From Alphaproteobacteria bacterium (GTDB taxonomy: Bacteria > Pseudomonadota > Alphaproteobacteria > JBBDQX01), in contig OZ271840.1 in NCBI GenBank assembly GCA_965601735.1, positions 1,348,473 to 1,412,472 on the forward strand: DNA of 64,000 nt. Reading direction: 5' to 3'. The position numbers were made by a program, and so were the translations under genes. The notes below the pieces were generated by a model, which made no database searches, was not told the DNA's origin, and saw nothing but the letters and a program-made list of their open reading frames with translations. Shown in pieces: positions 20,379 to 29,936 of this stretch (within the stretch, counting starts at the first letter, position 1; every line of letters starts with the position of its first letter).

Positions 20379-20453
20379 CAGGCGCTCCCTCTCTATCGTG
20401 GCCGGACCATAGGCCACCGCGCCCCGCCCGTCACCCTGCCGCCCGGACCCGCC

Positions 20454-21815
20454 ATGACCGATGCCGCCGCCCCGCCGGACTATCTGCTGCGCCTTGCCCG
20501 CCACCTGGCAGAAACCCCGCTGGACGCCCTGCCGCCAGACGCGCTGGCGCGAGCCCGCTGGCTGGTGGCGGACACGGTCGGCTGCATCGCCGGTGGCGCG
20601 GTAACACATGAAATGGCCGTTCTGCGCGAGGCCATGGCCGCCGATATCAGCGGCGGTCCGGTGCGCCTGATCGGTACCGAGGCGCGCAGCGGCCCGGTCA
20701 CCGCGGCGCTGTTCAACGGCACAGCCGCCACGGTGCTGGAACTGGCCGAGGGGCATAACTATGGCGGCGGTCAGATTGGCGGTCAGGTGGTGCCGGCGGC
20801 GCTCGCTTGCGCCGAGGCATCCGGCGCGTCCGGCGCGGAGCTGCTGCGCGGCGTGGCGCTGGGCTACGAGGCCGCCGTGCGGTTCGGCCGAGCCGCGACC
20901 CTGCGTCCGGCGCTGCATGCAAATGGAACGGTCGGTGCGGTCGGCGCGGCGGTGGCGGCTGCCGTCGTCGATGGCGCCGGTGAAGAGGGGCTGCTGCGCG
21001 CCATCAACCTTGCTGCGCCCATGGCGGTGCCCAATACCTGGCAGGTCGCCCGCGAAGGGGGCGAGTCCCGCAACGCCGCGATCGGCCACAGCGCGGCGAT
21101 GGGTGTCTTCGCCGCGGGCATGGCGGCGGCCGGCCTGACCGGCGAGCGTGACGCGCCGGGCACTATCTACGGCGCGGGTGTCGGCGACGGCTTCGACGGG
21201 CCGGGCACGGTGGCGGACTGGGCGGACCCCTGGCTGCTGCCGCTGGGCTACTTCAAGCGCTTTGCCTGCGGCCGCTACATCCACGCCGCGCTGGATATCC
21301 TCGAGGAAATGATCGCCGAAGGGCCCATCGACACCGACTTGATCGAGTCGGTGGAGGTCACCGGTATCGAAGCGCTCGCGAAGCTCGACAACCCGGCGCC
21401 GCGAAGCCCGACCGAGGCCCGCTTCTCGACGCCCTACGCGGTTGCCGCCTTCCTGCTGACCGGCGAGGGCGGCCCGGACGCATTCGCCCCGGAGGCGGTG
21501 GCGGACCCGGCGGTGCAGGCGCTGACCGCGCGGGTGAGTGTGCGGGAGGATCCGGCGCTGACCGCCCGCCAGCCGGAGTTCCGGCCTTGCCGCATCGTGA
21601 TCCGATTCGCTGACGGTGCCACCCGTGAGGGCGCGGCAGAGCGCATCCGCGGCGATGCCGCGGCACCCCATGGCGAGGCGGAGATGCGGGCGAAGTTTCT
21701 CGGCCTTGCCGGTGCGGTATGGGACCAGGGGCAGGCCGAGGCGGCGCTGGATGCGCTGCTGGCCATCGACGCGGTGGAGGATGTGCGTGACCTCCCGCTT
21801 GCCGTCCGGCTCTGA
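20454..21815 (+). CDS. MmgE/PrpD family protein, divergent paralog
   Basis: 453 aa and colinear with PrpD-family proteins. ATG at 20454. 75-bp divergent spacer to its paralog. Confidence 0.85.
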   Translation: MTDAAAPPDYLLRLARHLAETPLDALPPDALARARWLVADTVGCIAGGAVTHEMAVLREAMAADISGGPVRLIGTEARSGPVTAALFNGTAATVLELAEGHNYGGGQIGGQVVPAALACAEASGASGAELLRGVALGYEAAVRFGRAATLRPALHANGTVGAVGAAVAAAVVDGAGEEGLLRAINLAAPMAVPNTWQVAREGGESRNAAIGHSAAMGVFAAGMAAAGLTGERDAPGTIYGAGVGDGFDGPGTVADWADPWLLPLGYFKRFACGRYIHAALDILEEMIAEGPIDTDLIESVEVTGIEALAKLDNPAPRSPTEARFSTPYAVAAFLLTGEGGPDAFAPEAVADPAVQALTARVSVREDPALTARQPEFRPCRIVIRFADGATREGAAERIRGDAAAPHGEAEMRAKFLGLAGAVWDQGQAEAALDALLAIDAVEDVRDLPLAVRL

Positions 21816-22716
21816 CAGCACCGCCGATCCCGAGCTCAGGACGCTGCTCAAGGGGCTGGCCTTCGGCCTGACCGCAGCAACCCTGGCGGCGGGCTGGATG
21901 GTGTTCACCCGGATGGGCGTGCAGGGCGCGCTCGGCGTCGCCGACATGACCATGATGCGCTACGCGGTGGCCGGCCTGGTGCTTCTGCCGGTGGTGCTGC
22001 GTCAGGGCATCGATATCGGCCCGCGCGGCTGGCTCGGCATCGCCATCATGTTCGTTGGCGCGGGCGTGCCCTACCATCTGCTGGCCACCGGCGGGGTGGT
22101 GTTCGCCCCGGCGCGCCATGCCGGGGCCTTGATCCCCGGCACCATGCCCTTCTTCGCCGCGGTGCTCGGCCTGCTGTTTCTCGGCGAGCGGCTGACCCGG
22201 CGGCGCGGCGTGGGACTGGCGCTGATCTTCCTGGGCTTCTTGCTGATCGGCGGGCTCAACCTGCTCTATCCCGTCGAGCAGCAGTCCATCGGCCACGCCA
22301 TGTTCCTGGCCGCCTCTTTCGTCTGGGCGGCGTTCGCCGCCGCGATGCGTTTCTGGGGCGTCGGCGCGCTGCACGCGGTGGCTATCGTGAGCGTGCTCTC
22401 CGCACTGGTCTATGTGCCGCCCTACTTCCTGTTCTGGGCGGACGGCCTATGGGATGCGCCGGCGGACGAGGTGATCTTCCAGACCGTGTATCAGGGCCTG
22501 GTGATGGGGGTCGCGTCGACGGTGTGCTTCTCGCGCGCGGTCGGGCTGCTGGGGGCCGGACGCGGCACCGCGATCATGGCGATGGCGCCGGCAATGGCGG
22601 CGCTGCTGGCGATCCCGGTGCTCGGCGAATGGCCGACCCTGGCGGACTGGGCCGCCATCGCCGCGATCTATATCGGCGTTCTGTTTGCCACCGGCGCGCG
22701 CTGGCGCCGGGGCTAG
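21781..22716 (+). CDS. DMT superfamily (EamA-like) transporter
   Basis: 10 TM helices in two EamA repeats. The start is uncertain (ATG 21781 or GTG 21787) and may overlap the upstream gene by ~30 nt. Confidence 0.7.
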   Translation: MCVTSRLPSGSDSTADPELRTLLKGLAFGLTAATLAAGWMVFTRMGVQGALGVADMTMMRYAVAGLVLLPVVLRQGIDIGPRGWLGIAIMFVGAGVPYHLLATGGVVFAPARHAGALIPGTMPFFAAVLGLLFLGERLTRRRGVGLALIFLGFLLIGGLNLLYPVEQQSIGHAMFLAASFVWAAFAAAMRFWGVGALHAVAIVSVLSALVYVPPYFLFWADGLWDAPADEVIFQTVYQGLVMGVASTVCFSRAVGLLGAGRGTAIMAMAPAMAALLAIPVLGEWPTLADWAAIAAIYIGVLFATGARWRRG

Positions 22717-22726
22717 GCGGACCGGA

Positions 22727-25372
22727 TCAGTTCGAGGCCTGCCCCACGGCCGCCGGCGTGCCGGCGTCCTCGTCGCGGCGGCGGCGCGCCATCTGCAGCA
22801 GCAGCACCAGGCCGATCAGCGCCAGGCCCGGAATGTAAGACCAGTCCTTCGACGGCTGATCCTGCGGCACCTCAAGGCTCAGCACCTCCCAGTCGATGTC
22901 GACGCCTTCCTGCTGGGCGCGGCTGTTGAAGGTGACGTCCTCAACGATGACCTTGCCGTCACTGATGGCGAAGGTGATGCCGGCGGCCTCGCTCAGCCGC
23001 TCCTCGCCCGGCGCGCCCTTGTCGCCCAGCGGCAGGGCGACGATGCGCTCGATGGTCTCGCCGCTGAAGTTCTCACCGCGCATCGCCATGCGCAGGATCC
23101 CGTCGTCGCGGACGTTGCCAGCATACTCGATGATGTCCGTCGGCTCGGCCTGGGCGAAGGGCGGATAGAACATGTCGATCCAGAATCCCGGCCGCAGCAG
23201 GATGAAGGCGGCCAGCAGCAGCACCACCGTTTCCCATATTTTGTTTCTGACCAACATCCAGTGTTGGGTTCCTGCACAGAACGCCAGCATGGCTATGGTC
23301 GAGACCACGATCACCAGGATCAGGTGAACGACGCTGTCGATGCCGATCAGCAGCAGCTCCGTATTGAAGATGAAGATGAACGGCAGGATCATCGTGCGCA
23401 TCGAGTAGTAGAAGGCGTGCAGGCAGGTCTTCAACGGGTTACCGCCTGACAGGCCCGCGGCCGCGTAGGCATCGACCGCCACCGGCGGCGTGTTGCCTGA
23501 CATCAGGCCGCAGTAGAAAACGAACATATGCACGGCGATCAGCGGGATCGTGTGGCCGTGCTGGGCCGCCAGCGTCACCATCACCGGGGCCATCATCGAG
23601 GCGACGATGACGTAGTTCGCGGTGGTCGGCAGGCCCATACCCAGGATGATGGTGATCACCGCCGTCCAGAACAGCATCAGGCCGAAGTAGCCCATCGAGA
23701 TGGTGTCGATGATGTTGACCATCACGATGCCCAGGCCGGTCAGCGAGACCACGCCGACGACGATGCCCGCCGCCGCCAGCGCGATGGCGATGGCCACCAT
23801 ATTGCGCGCACCATTGACCAGGCCGTCGATGATGTCGCGGGCGCCCCGCTTCACTGCGGCGCCGACGTCGCCGCCCTCGCCGCGCAGCATGACCAGCAGC
23901 GGGCGATGGGTGATCATGATGAAGAACTGCGCGATCACCGCGTAGAAGATCGCGCTGTCGGGCGAGAAGCGCTCGACGATCAGGAACCACACCAGCACGG
24001 TGACCGGCAGCAGGTGATACAGGCCCGACAACGCCGTGGGCCGGGTCTCCGGCAGTTCGGTCATCGGCGCGTTCGGGTCTTCCTGCTTCAGCTCCGGCAC
24101 CTGGGCGGCGACCCACAGCAGCACGATGTAGGCCACACCGAACAGCGCCATGGTGAACAGCAGCGCCTGATCCGGGAACACGAAGCGGACCCAGCCGATG
24201 CCGTAATAAGTGAGGCCGCTGAGGATGATCAGCCCCAGGAACACCGTCAGGAAGGAGAACAGGCTCTGGATGATGGTGGTCTGGTGGCGGCGCTCCAGGC
24301 GCTGCAGCTCCATCTTCACCGATTCCAGATGCACGATGTAGAACAGGCCGATGTAGGAAATCACCGCCGGCAGGAAGGCGTGGGTGATGACCTCCAGATA
24401 GGTGACGCCGACGAACTCGGTCATCACGAAGGCGGCGGCGCCCATCACCGGCGGCATCAGCTGGCCGTTGATCGAGGACGACGATTCGATGGCGCCGGCC
24501 TTGTCGGCGGGGAAGCCGACCTTCTTCATCAGCGGGATGGTGAAGGTGCCGGTGGTCACCACGTTGGCCAGCGCGGAGCCGGAGATCACGCCCATCAGCG
24601 CCGACGATACCACCGCCGCCTTGGCCGGGCCGCCCTGCAGGTGGCCGAGCACGCTGAACGACAGCTTGATGAACCAGTTGCCGGCGCCGGCGCGTTCCAG
24701 CAGCGAGCCGAAGGTGACGAACAGGAACACCAGGCTCGACGAGACGCCCAGCGTGATACCGAACACGCCCTCGGTGGAGATCCACAGATGGTCAGAGACC
24801 CGCGCCAGGCTCTTGGTGGTGTGAGACATCACCTCGGGCAGGTAGGGGCCAATGAAGCAGTAGCTGAGGAACACCACGGCGACGATCATCAGCGGCAGGC
24901 CGATGGCGCGCCGGGTGGCCTCGACCAGGCCGATCATGCCGATGATGGCGAAGAAAATGTCCGCAGAGGTCGGGTTGGCGGCGCGCATGCCGACCTCAGC
25001 GAAGAAGACGAAGAAGTACAGCGAGCCGCTGGCCGCCATGATCGCGCACACCCAGTCATAGAGCGGGATGCGGTCGCGCGGTGAGGCGGCGAAGGCGGGA
25101 TAGGTGCAGAAGGTCAGGAAGGCGGCGATGCCATAATGCACCAGCCGCGACTGGGTTGCGCCCATCAGCAGCCCGTCCCAGACATGCTGGCCGAGCCAGA
25201 ACATCAGCGGCGAGGAGATATAGACCTGATAAAGCGCCCAGCCGAGCGCCAGCCACCAGAGGAAATTCGAGACCGCGGCACTGGGCGTGCGCCCGCCGAT
25301 ATCGTGCTCGCGCACCATGCGGTCGATTTCTTCACGGGAAAGGGCGAGACCCTCGTCCTGCTGCGCGGCCAT
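22727..25372 (-). CDS. TAXI-type TRAP transporter fused 4TM/12TM permease with C-terminal extracytoplasmic extension
   Basis: ~880 aa with more than 16 TM helices and TRAP DctQ-DctM fusion architecture. ATG at 25372 with GAGG SD. The track start at 25408 is TTG. Confidence 0.85.
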   Translation of the reverse strand: MAAQQDEGLALSREEIDRMVREHDIGGRTPSAAVSNFLWWLALGWALYQVYISSPLMFWLGQHVWDGLLMGATQSRLVHYGIAAFLTFCTYPAFAASPRDRIPLYDWVCAIMAASGSLYFFVFFAEVGMRAANPTSADIFFAIIGMIGLVEATRRAIGLPLMIVAVVFLSYCFIGPYLPEVMSHTTKSLARVSDHLWISTEGVFGITLGVSSSLVFLFVTFGSLLERAGAGNWFIKLSFSVLGHLQGGPAKAAVVSSALMGVISGSALANVVTTGTFTIPLMKKVGFPADKAGAIESSSSINGQLMPPVMGAAAFVMTEFVGVTYLEVITHAFLPAVISYIGLFYIVHLESVKMELQRLERRHQTTIIQSLFSFLTVFLGLIILSGLTYYGIGWVRFVFPDQALLFTMALFGVAYIVLLWVAAQVPELKQEDPNAPMTELPETRPTALSGLYHLLPVTVLVWFLIVERFSPDSAIFYAVIAQFFIMITHRPLLVMLRGEGGDVGAAVKRGARDIIDGLVNGARNMVAIAIALAAAGIVVGVVSLTGLGIVMVNIIDTISMGYFGLMLFWTAVITIILGMGLPTTANYVIVASMMAPVMVTLAAQHGHTIPLIAVHMFVFYCGLMSGNTPPVAVDAYAAAGLSGGNPLKTCLHAFYYSMRTMILPFIFIFNTELLLIGIDSVVHLILVIVVSTIAMLAFCAGTQHWMLVRNKIWETVVLLLAAFILLRPGFWIDMFYPPFAQAEPTDIIEYAGNVRDDGILRMAMRGENFSGETIERIVALPLGDKGAPGEERLSEAAGITFAISDGKVIVEDVTFNSRAQQEGVDIDWEVLSLEVPQDQPSKDWSYIPGLALIGLVLLLQMARRRRDEDAGTPAAVGQASN

Positions 25373-25459
25373 GCCTGCCTCGTTGTCTTTTGTGGTGGTG
25401 CCCGTCAATCCGGGCCGGCGGGTGCGCCGGGAATGTGCGGCGCCGAGTCTTTAATGCTC

Positions 25460-25495
25460 AAAAGAAATGGCGGGGCGGCACCAGGCCGCCCCGCC
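25460..25495 (-). terminator. intrinsic terminator/attenuator between TAXI receptor and TRAP permease genes
   Basis: On the minus strand: GGCGGGGCGGC-CTGGT-GCCGCCCCGCC stem-loop followed by ATTTCTTTT. It begins 18 nt after the TAXI stop. Confidence 0.55.
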
Positions 25496-25512
25496 GATCG
25501 CATCGGTCTGGC

Positions 25513-26496
25513 TTACTTGACCAGGCCGGCTTCCTTCAGATAGCGCTCAGCGCCAGCCTGCCAGGGAACGCCCGAGCGGCCAAAGCCGGCGGAGTTCTCC
25601 TTCTGCAGGTTCTTGAAGACGCTCGAAGCCTTCTTGAGCGACTCGTAGTTGTCGAACACCGCCTTGGTGAAGAAGTAGCCGAAGTCTTCCGGCAGGGCGG
25701 TCGTGGTGACCATGGTCGCGCCATAGCCGAAGGTGGTGACCGGGGCGTCGTGGCCGCTGTAGGCGCCACCCGGGATCGGCACATGACCGAAGTAGAACTG
25801 ATCGGAGATCAGCTTATCCAGCTCCGGACCCTTCAGGTCGACCATCTTGGCGTTGCAGGTGTCGAACGCCTCGGCGATGGCGGTCACGCCAACCGCGGTC
25901 GGATAGAAGAAGGCGTCGATCTTGTTGTCGCACAGCGCCTTGGCCTGCTCACGCGAGGTCAGCTTGGAGTCCAGGCCGAGATCGCCCTTGTCCATGCCGA
26001 AGTACTTCAGCGTCATGTAGGTGGTGGCCTCGGTGCCGGAGCCCGGGTTGCCGCTGTTGACGCGCTTGCCCTTCAGATCGTGCATCGAGTTGATGCCGGT
26101 GTCCGTGCGGGTCACGACATGCAGCCGGTTCACGGTGAAGGTCATGATGTAGCGCAGGTTCTTGTTGGCGCCGTCGTTCTTGAACGGGCCGGAACCGTTG
26201 TACGAGTGGTACTGCAGGTTCGCCTGGGCCAGGCCGAGGTCAAGGTCGCCCTTCTGCAGGTTACGCAGGTTGGAGACCGAGCCCTGGGTGCTCTCGACCA
26301 CGCAGCGGTAGTTGTGGCCGTAGGCCTTGCGGCTCTTGTTCAGGTAGTTACAGGCGAAACCACCGGTCGGGTAGAAGCTGCCGGTGACGCCGGCGGTACC
26401 AACGGTGAAGACGTTCTTGCTCTGGGCTTCCGCCGTGGCGACGGTCGCGCCAAGGGCGACGACGGCCGAGACGGTGGCCAATGCGAGACGGTTCAT
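25513..26496 (-). CDS. TAXI-family TRAP transporter solute receptor (periplasmic)
   Basis: Signal peptide MNRLALATVSAVVALGATVATAEA and an Imp/TAXI SBP fold. ATG at 26496 with AGGAGGAGG SD. Confidence 0.85.
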   Translation of the reverse strand: MNRLALATVSAVVALGATVATAEAQSKNVFTVGTAGVTGSFYPTGGFACNYLNKSRKAYGHNYRCVVESTQGSVSNLRNLQKGDLDLGLAQANLQYHSYNGSGPFKNDGANKNLRYIMTFTVNRLHVVTRTDTGINSMHDLKGKRVNSGNPGSGTEATTYMTLKYFGMDKGDLGLDSKLTSREQAKALCDNKIDAFFYPTAVGVTAIAEAFDTCNAKMVDLKGPELDKLISDQFYFGHVPIPGGAYSGHDAPVTTFGYGATMVTTTALPEDFGYFFTKAVFDNYESLKKASSVFKNLQKENSAGFGRSGVPWQAGAERYLKEAGLVK

Positions 26497-26796
26497 ACTG
26501 CCTCCTCCTAAGAGTCAGGGCCTTCCTCGGAAGGCCGGGTCCTTGCGCCGCCCGACTCATCCGGGTGGCTTGCCGAAATCCGGGGAACGGGCACGCTGAG
26601 TGCCGCTCCTCGAACAGATAACGAAAAGACGAAACCGGCATCGCGGCGGAGGACCGCAATCCAATAAAAGGATCACTGCTACGGCGTTGCCGCCGCTATT
26701 TTTCTCCCGACGCGAGGACCGGCTTTTTTTGCGCCTTTCCCTCGGCGCACGACCTTACGGGGCGTGTCGGGTTTGTCAACGATCCGCAATGTTCGT

Positions 26797-27720
26797 TCAG
26801 CGGTTCGCGTGACGTAAATACTGGCCGTACCAGTCGCATCCCACGAGGTCGACATAAGCATCTATGAGGCGCTTCGTGATCGGGCCTGGCATCGTGCCGT
26901 CGCCGACCGTTGCGCCGTTGAAGCTGCGCACCGGGCAGATGCAATAGCTGGTCGAGGTGATGAAGGCCTCATCCGCGTTGAGCGCATCATAAAGGTCGAG
27001 GTCCGCCTCCTCGACAGGGATGCCGTTCTCGCGGGCCAGGTCGATGGCGGTGGCGCGGCTGACGCCCGGCAGCACAAAGCGTTCGCGCGGGGTCAGCACC
27101 ACCCCGTCCGACACCAGGAAGATGTTGCTGCCGCGCCCCTCGGCGAGGTTGCCGTGGGTGTCCAGCAGCACCGGCACCGCGTCCGGGTTCTGCGCCTTCA
27201 CCTCCAGGTCGGCGAGCGCCAGGTTGAGATAGTTGTTGGTCTTGGCACGCGGGCTCAGCGTGTCCGGCGCGGGGCGGCGGATCGACGGGAACACCACGTC
27301 GAGCCCGTCGCGGAACATGCGGCCGCGCTGCCGGTAGGGCAGGGGGCGGCATTCGACGATCACCGTGGCGTCCGGGTAGTCCGGCCAGGCCTGCTTGTCG
27401 GCGCCCTCGATACCGCGGCTGACCCGTTGGGTCGCCCAGATATCCTCATCCGCGCCGACATTCTGCAGGTTCAGCGCCACCACTTCCTCGGTCGCGGCGA
27501 TCAGGGTGGCACGGTCCACCCCCGGATCGATGCGCATATAGGTCAGGCTGCGGAACAGCCGGTCGATATGCTCGTCCAGCTTGAATATGCGGTGGCCGAA
27601 GGTGCGGGTGGTGTCGAACACCGCGTCGCCATATTTGAAGCCGCGGTCGCGGAACGGGACGCGGGCCTCGCTCTCGGGCACCACGGCGCCGTTGAACCAG
27701 ACCATCCATTGATCGGCCAT
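26797..27720 (-). CDS. class IV (branched-chain/D-amino-acid) PLP aminotransferase
   Basis: Fold-type IV motifs (E..R at LAEGRGSNIF, catalytic-K region). ATG at 27720 with AAGGAGAG SD. Confidence 0.85.
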   Translation of the reverse strand: MADQWMVWFNGAVVPESEARVPFRDRGFKYGDAVFDTTRTFGHRIFKLDEHIDRLFRSLTYMRIDPGVDRATLIAATEEVVALNLQNVGADEDIWATQRVSRGIEGADKQAWPDYPDATVIVECRPLPYRQRGRMFRDGLDVVFPSIRRPAPDTLSPRAKTNNYLNLALADLEVKAQNPDAVPVLLDTHGNLAEGRGSNIFLVSDGVVLTPRERFVLPGVSRATAIDLARENGIPVEEADLDLYDALNADEAFITSTSYCICPVRSFNGATVGDGTMPGPITKRLIDAYVDLVGCDWYGQYLRHANR

Positions 27721-27734
27721 CTCGCTCTCCTTCG

Positions 27735-29318
27735 TCAGGCGGGCGCCCCGAAGCCGCCGCCGCTGGCGGTCTGCATGACGATGCGGTCGCCGTTACGCAC
27801 CACGTGATGCTCCGCAGCGTCGATTGCCTTGCCGTCGATGGTCAGGCGCCCGGGCTGTCCGTTTGCGCCGCCGGCCAGGCCGGGCGCCGGGGTCAGCACC
27901 CGGCTGAGGATGAAGGAGATCACCGCCGGCGTCTCGGAGACCACCTCAAACTCCATGCGCGAGCCATCGCCGCCGGGGAAGCGGCCCTTGCCGCCGGAGC
28001 CGCGCATGCGGCTGCGCGAGACGATGCGCACCGGGGCGTTGGTCTCCATCACCTCGATGGGCGTGTTGCCGACATTGCTGGGGAAGGAGAGGGTCGGCGT
28101 GCCGTTGTGGCCCTCACCGCCGCCCTGGCCGCCGTTGATGAAGTTGATAACGGCGTAGCGCCGCCCCTGCATCTCACCGGTCATGGCGAAGGAGCAGCTC
28201 AGCGAGCCGCCGGCCAACGCCCGGTCCGGCAGCACCGGGGCCAGGGCCTCCATCACCAGGCCGGGCAGGCACTGGCCGACAGCGTTGCGCGCGCCGGACG
28301 CCGCGGGATAGCGCGGCGCCAGGATCGAGCCCTCCGGCGCCCAGGTGGTGATCGGCCGGAAGCTGCCGTCATTGTTGGGGATGTTGGGTGAGAGCATGCT
28401 CTTCAGCCCATAGGCGGTATAGGCGAAGGTATAGCTTGGCGTCACATTGACCGAGCGTGGTACCTGCGGCGAGGAGCCAGTGAAGTCGATGGCGATCTCG
28501 CTGCCCTTTACGTCGACCTTGGCGGCCAGCGTGATCGGATCGCCGACCACATCGATTTCCCAGCGCGCGCGGTAGCTGCCGTCGGGCACGGCGCGGATCG
28601 CCGCGCGCATGGCCTGTTCGGAGCGCCGCCGGATTTCCTCGCCAAAGCGGTCGAGGTCGAGCCCGGTCTCGTCGAGCAGGGTGTTGAGCCGCTCCGCCAT
28701 CAGATGTGCCGCCGACACCTGCGCCCAGACGTCGCCCATGGTTTGCGCCGGGACGCGCACGTTGCGTTCAATGATGTCGACCACGGACTGCTCAATGCGG
28801 CCCTTGCGCATCAGGTAGACCATCGGCAGCTGCAGGCCTTCCTCGAAGATCTCGCGCACCCCGGCGCCGCGGATGCGACCGCCGATGTCAGGCACGTGCG
28901 AGCACGCGGCGATCATGGCAATCGGCTTGCCCTTGCGGAACACCGGCATGCAGATGTTGATGTCGTGGATGTGCCCGGTGGCCATCCACGGATCGTTGGT
29001 GGTCAACACGTCGCCGGGCTTCAGCGTCTTGACCGGGAAGCGCTTCAGGAAGTGCCCCACGGTGCGCGGCAGGGTGCCGATGAAAGACGGGATGCTCGCC
29101 GATGATTGCGCCAACGACCGGCCTTCGAGATCGGTAATAACGATGGCGAAATCGTTGGCCTCGCGCACCAGGGTGGAGAACGAGGTGCGCCACAGGGTCG
29201 CGCTCGCCTCGTCGATCATGCTGACCAGCCGGGTCCAGAGAATCTCGACTGTGATCGGATCGAAGCCTGCGCCCTTGCCGCCCCGGGTCTTGCGCTTTGT
29301 CTTCTTCGTCTTTGCCAC
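27735..29318 (-). CDS. hydantoinase B / oxoprolinase family protein (HyuB-like); no HyuA partner in window
   Basis: Full-length HyuB-family homology (DPITVEIL..., DIGGRIRG, GGGFG). GTG start at 29318. Confidence 0.85.
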   Translation of the reverse strand: MAKTKKTKRKTRGGKGAGFDPITVEILWTRLVSMIDEASATLWRTSFSTLVREANDFAIVITDLEGRSLAQSSASIPSFIGTLPRTVGHFLKRFPVKTLKPGDVLTTNDPWMATGHIHDINICMPVFRKGKPIAMIAACSHVPDIGGRIRGAGVREIFEEGLQLPMVYLMRKGRIEQSVVDIIERNVRVPAQTMGDVWAQVSAAHLMAERLNTLLDETGLDLDRFGEEIRRRSEQAMRAAIRAVPDGSYRARWEIDVVGDPITLAAKVDVKGSEIAIDFTGSSPQVPRSVNVTPSYTFAYTAYGLKSMLSPNIPNNDGSFRPITTWAPEGSILAPRYPAASGARNAVGQCLPGLVMEALAPVLPDRALAGGSLSCSFAMTGEMQGRRYAVINFINGGQGGGEGHNGTPTLSFPSNVGNTPIEVMETNAPVRIVSRSRMRGSGGKGRFPGGDGSRMEFEVVSETPAVISFILSRVLTPAPGLAGGANGQPGRLTIDGKAIDAAEHHVVRNGDRIVMQTASGGGFGAPA

Positions 29319-29336
29319 GTCGGGCGTCTCCCGTTG

Positions 29337-29780
29337 CTAGTCTTCCTCGCCGCCGCCGGTATCGGCGGTCAGGCCGGCGGCGTCGATGCCGGCGACTGCG
29401 CAGGCCTCGTCGTCCAGCGACGTGGCGCCGCTGATGCCGACCGCGCCGATGATCTCGCCGGCGCCGTTGCGGATCAGCACACCGCCTGGCACCGGCACCA
29501 TGCGGCCGCCCCAGCCGGCACTAAGCACGCCCTTGAGGCCGCTACCCTCGGCGCGGCGCGCCAGCTCCCGGCCGCCGAAGCCCATGCCCAGCGTGCCCCA
29601 GGCCTTGCCGGTGGCGATGTCCGGGCGCAGCAGGCTGGAATTATCCTCCCGCTTGAGCGCCACCAGATGACCGCCGGCATCCAGCACGGCCACGGTCAGC
29701 GGCGGCAATCCCATCTCATGGCCCTTCTCGAGGGCGCGGTCGACAATGGTGGTCGCGGCATCGAGGGTGAGCCTGTGCAT
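29337..29780 (-). CDS. GlcG/HbpS-like heme-binding protein (DUF336)
   Basis: DUF336 pattern (AVLDAGGHLVAL...GGGVLIRNGAGEIIGAVGISGA). ATG at 29780 with GGAG SD. Confidence 0.7.
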   Translation of the reverse strand: MHRLTLDAATTIVDRALEKGHEMGLPPLTVAVLDAGGHLVALKREDNSSLLRPDIATGKAWGTLGMGFGGRELARRAEGSGLKGVLSAGWGGRMVPVPGGVLIRNGAGEIIGAVGISGATSLDDEACAVAGIDAAGLTADTGGGEED

Positions 29781-29936
29781 CGCGGTCTCCATCGGGGCTG
29801 AACGGGCGCACCGGCGCGGTGCGGAGGTGCGCAGTATAGGGCCGAATCCGGCCCACCCCAACGGCCCGCCCGCCCGCCTTCGGCTTGTCGGGCGGGTTTT
29901 CGTCCGCTACACGGGACAGCGACGGGAGGGGACCCG

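Noticed and set aside
18972-21953. 993-aa track ORF
   Set aside because: Only the C-terminal 468 aa (from ATG 20378, with a strong SD) are PrpD-like. The N-terminal 525 aa run antisense through the plus-strand PrpD paralog and are Arg/Ala-rich shadow sequence.
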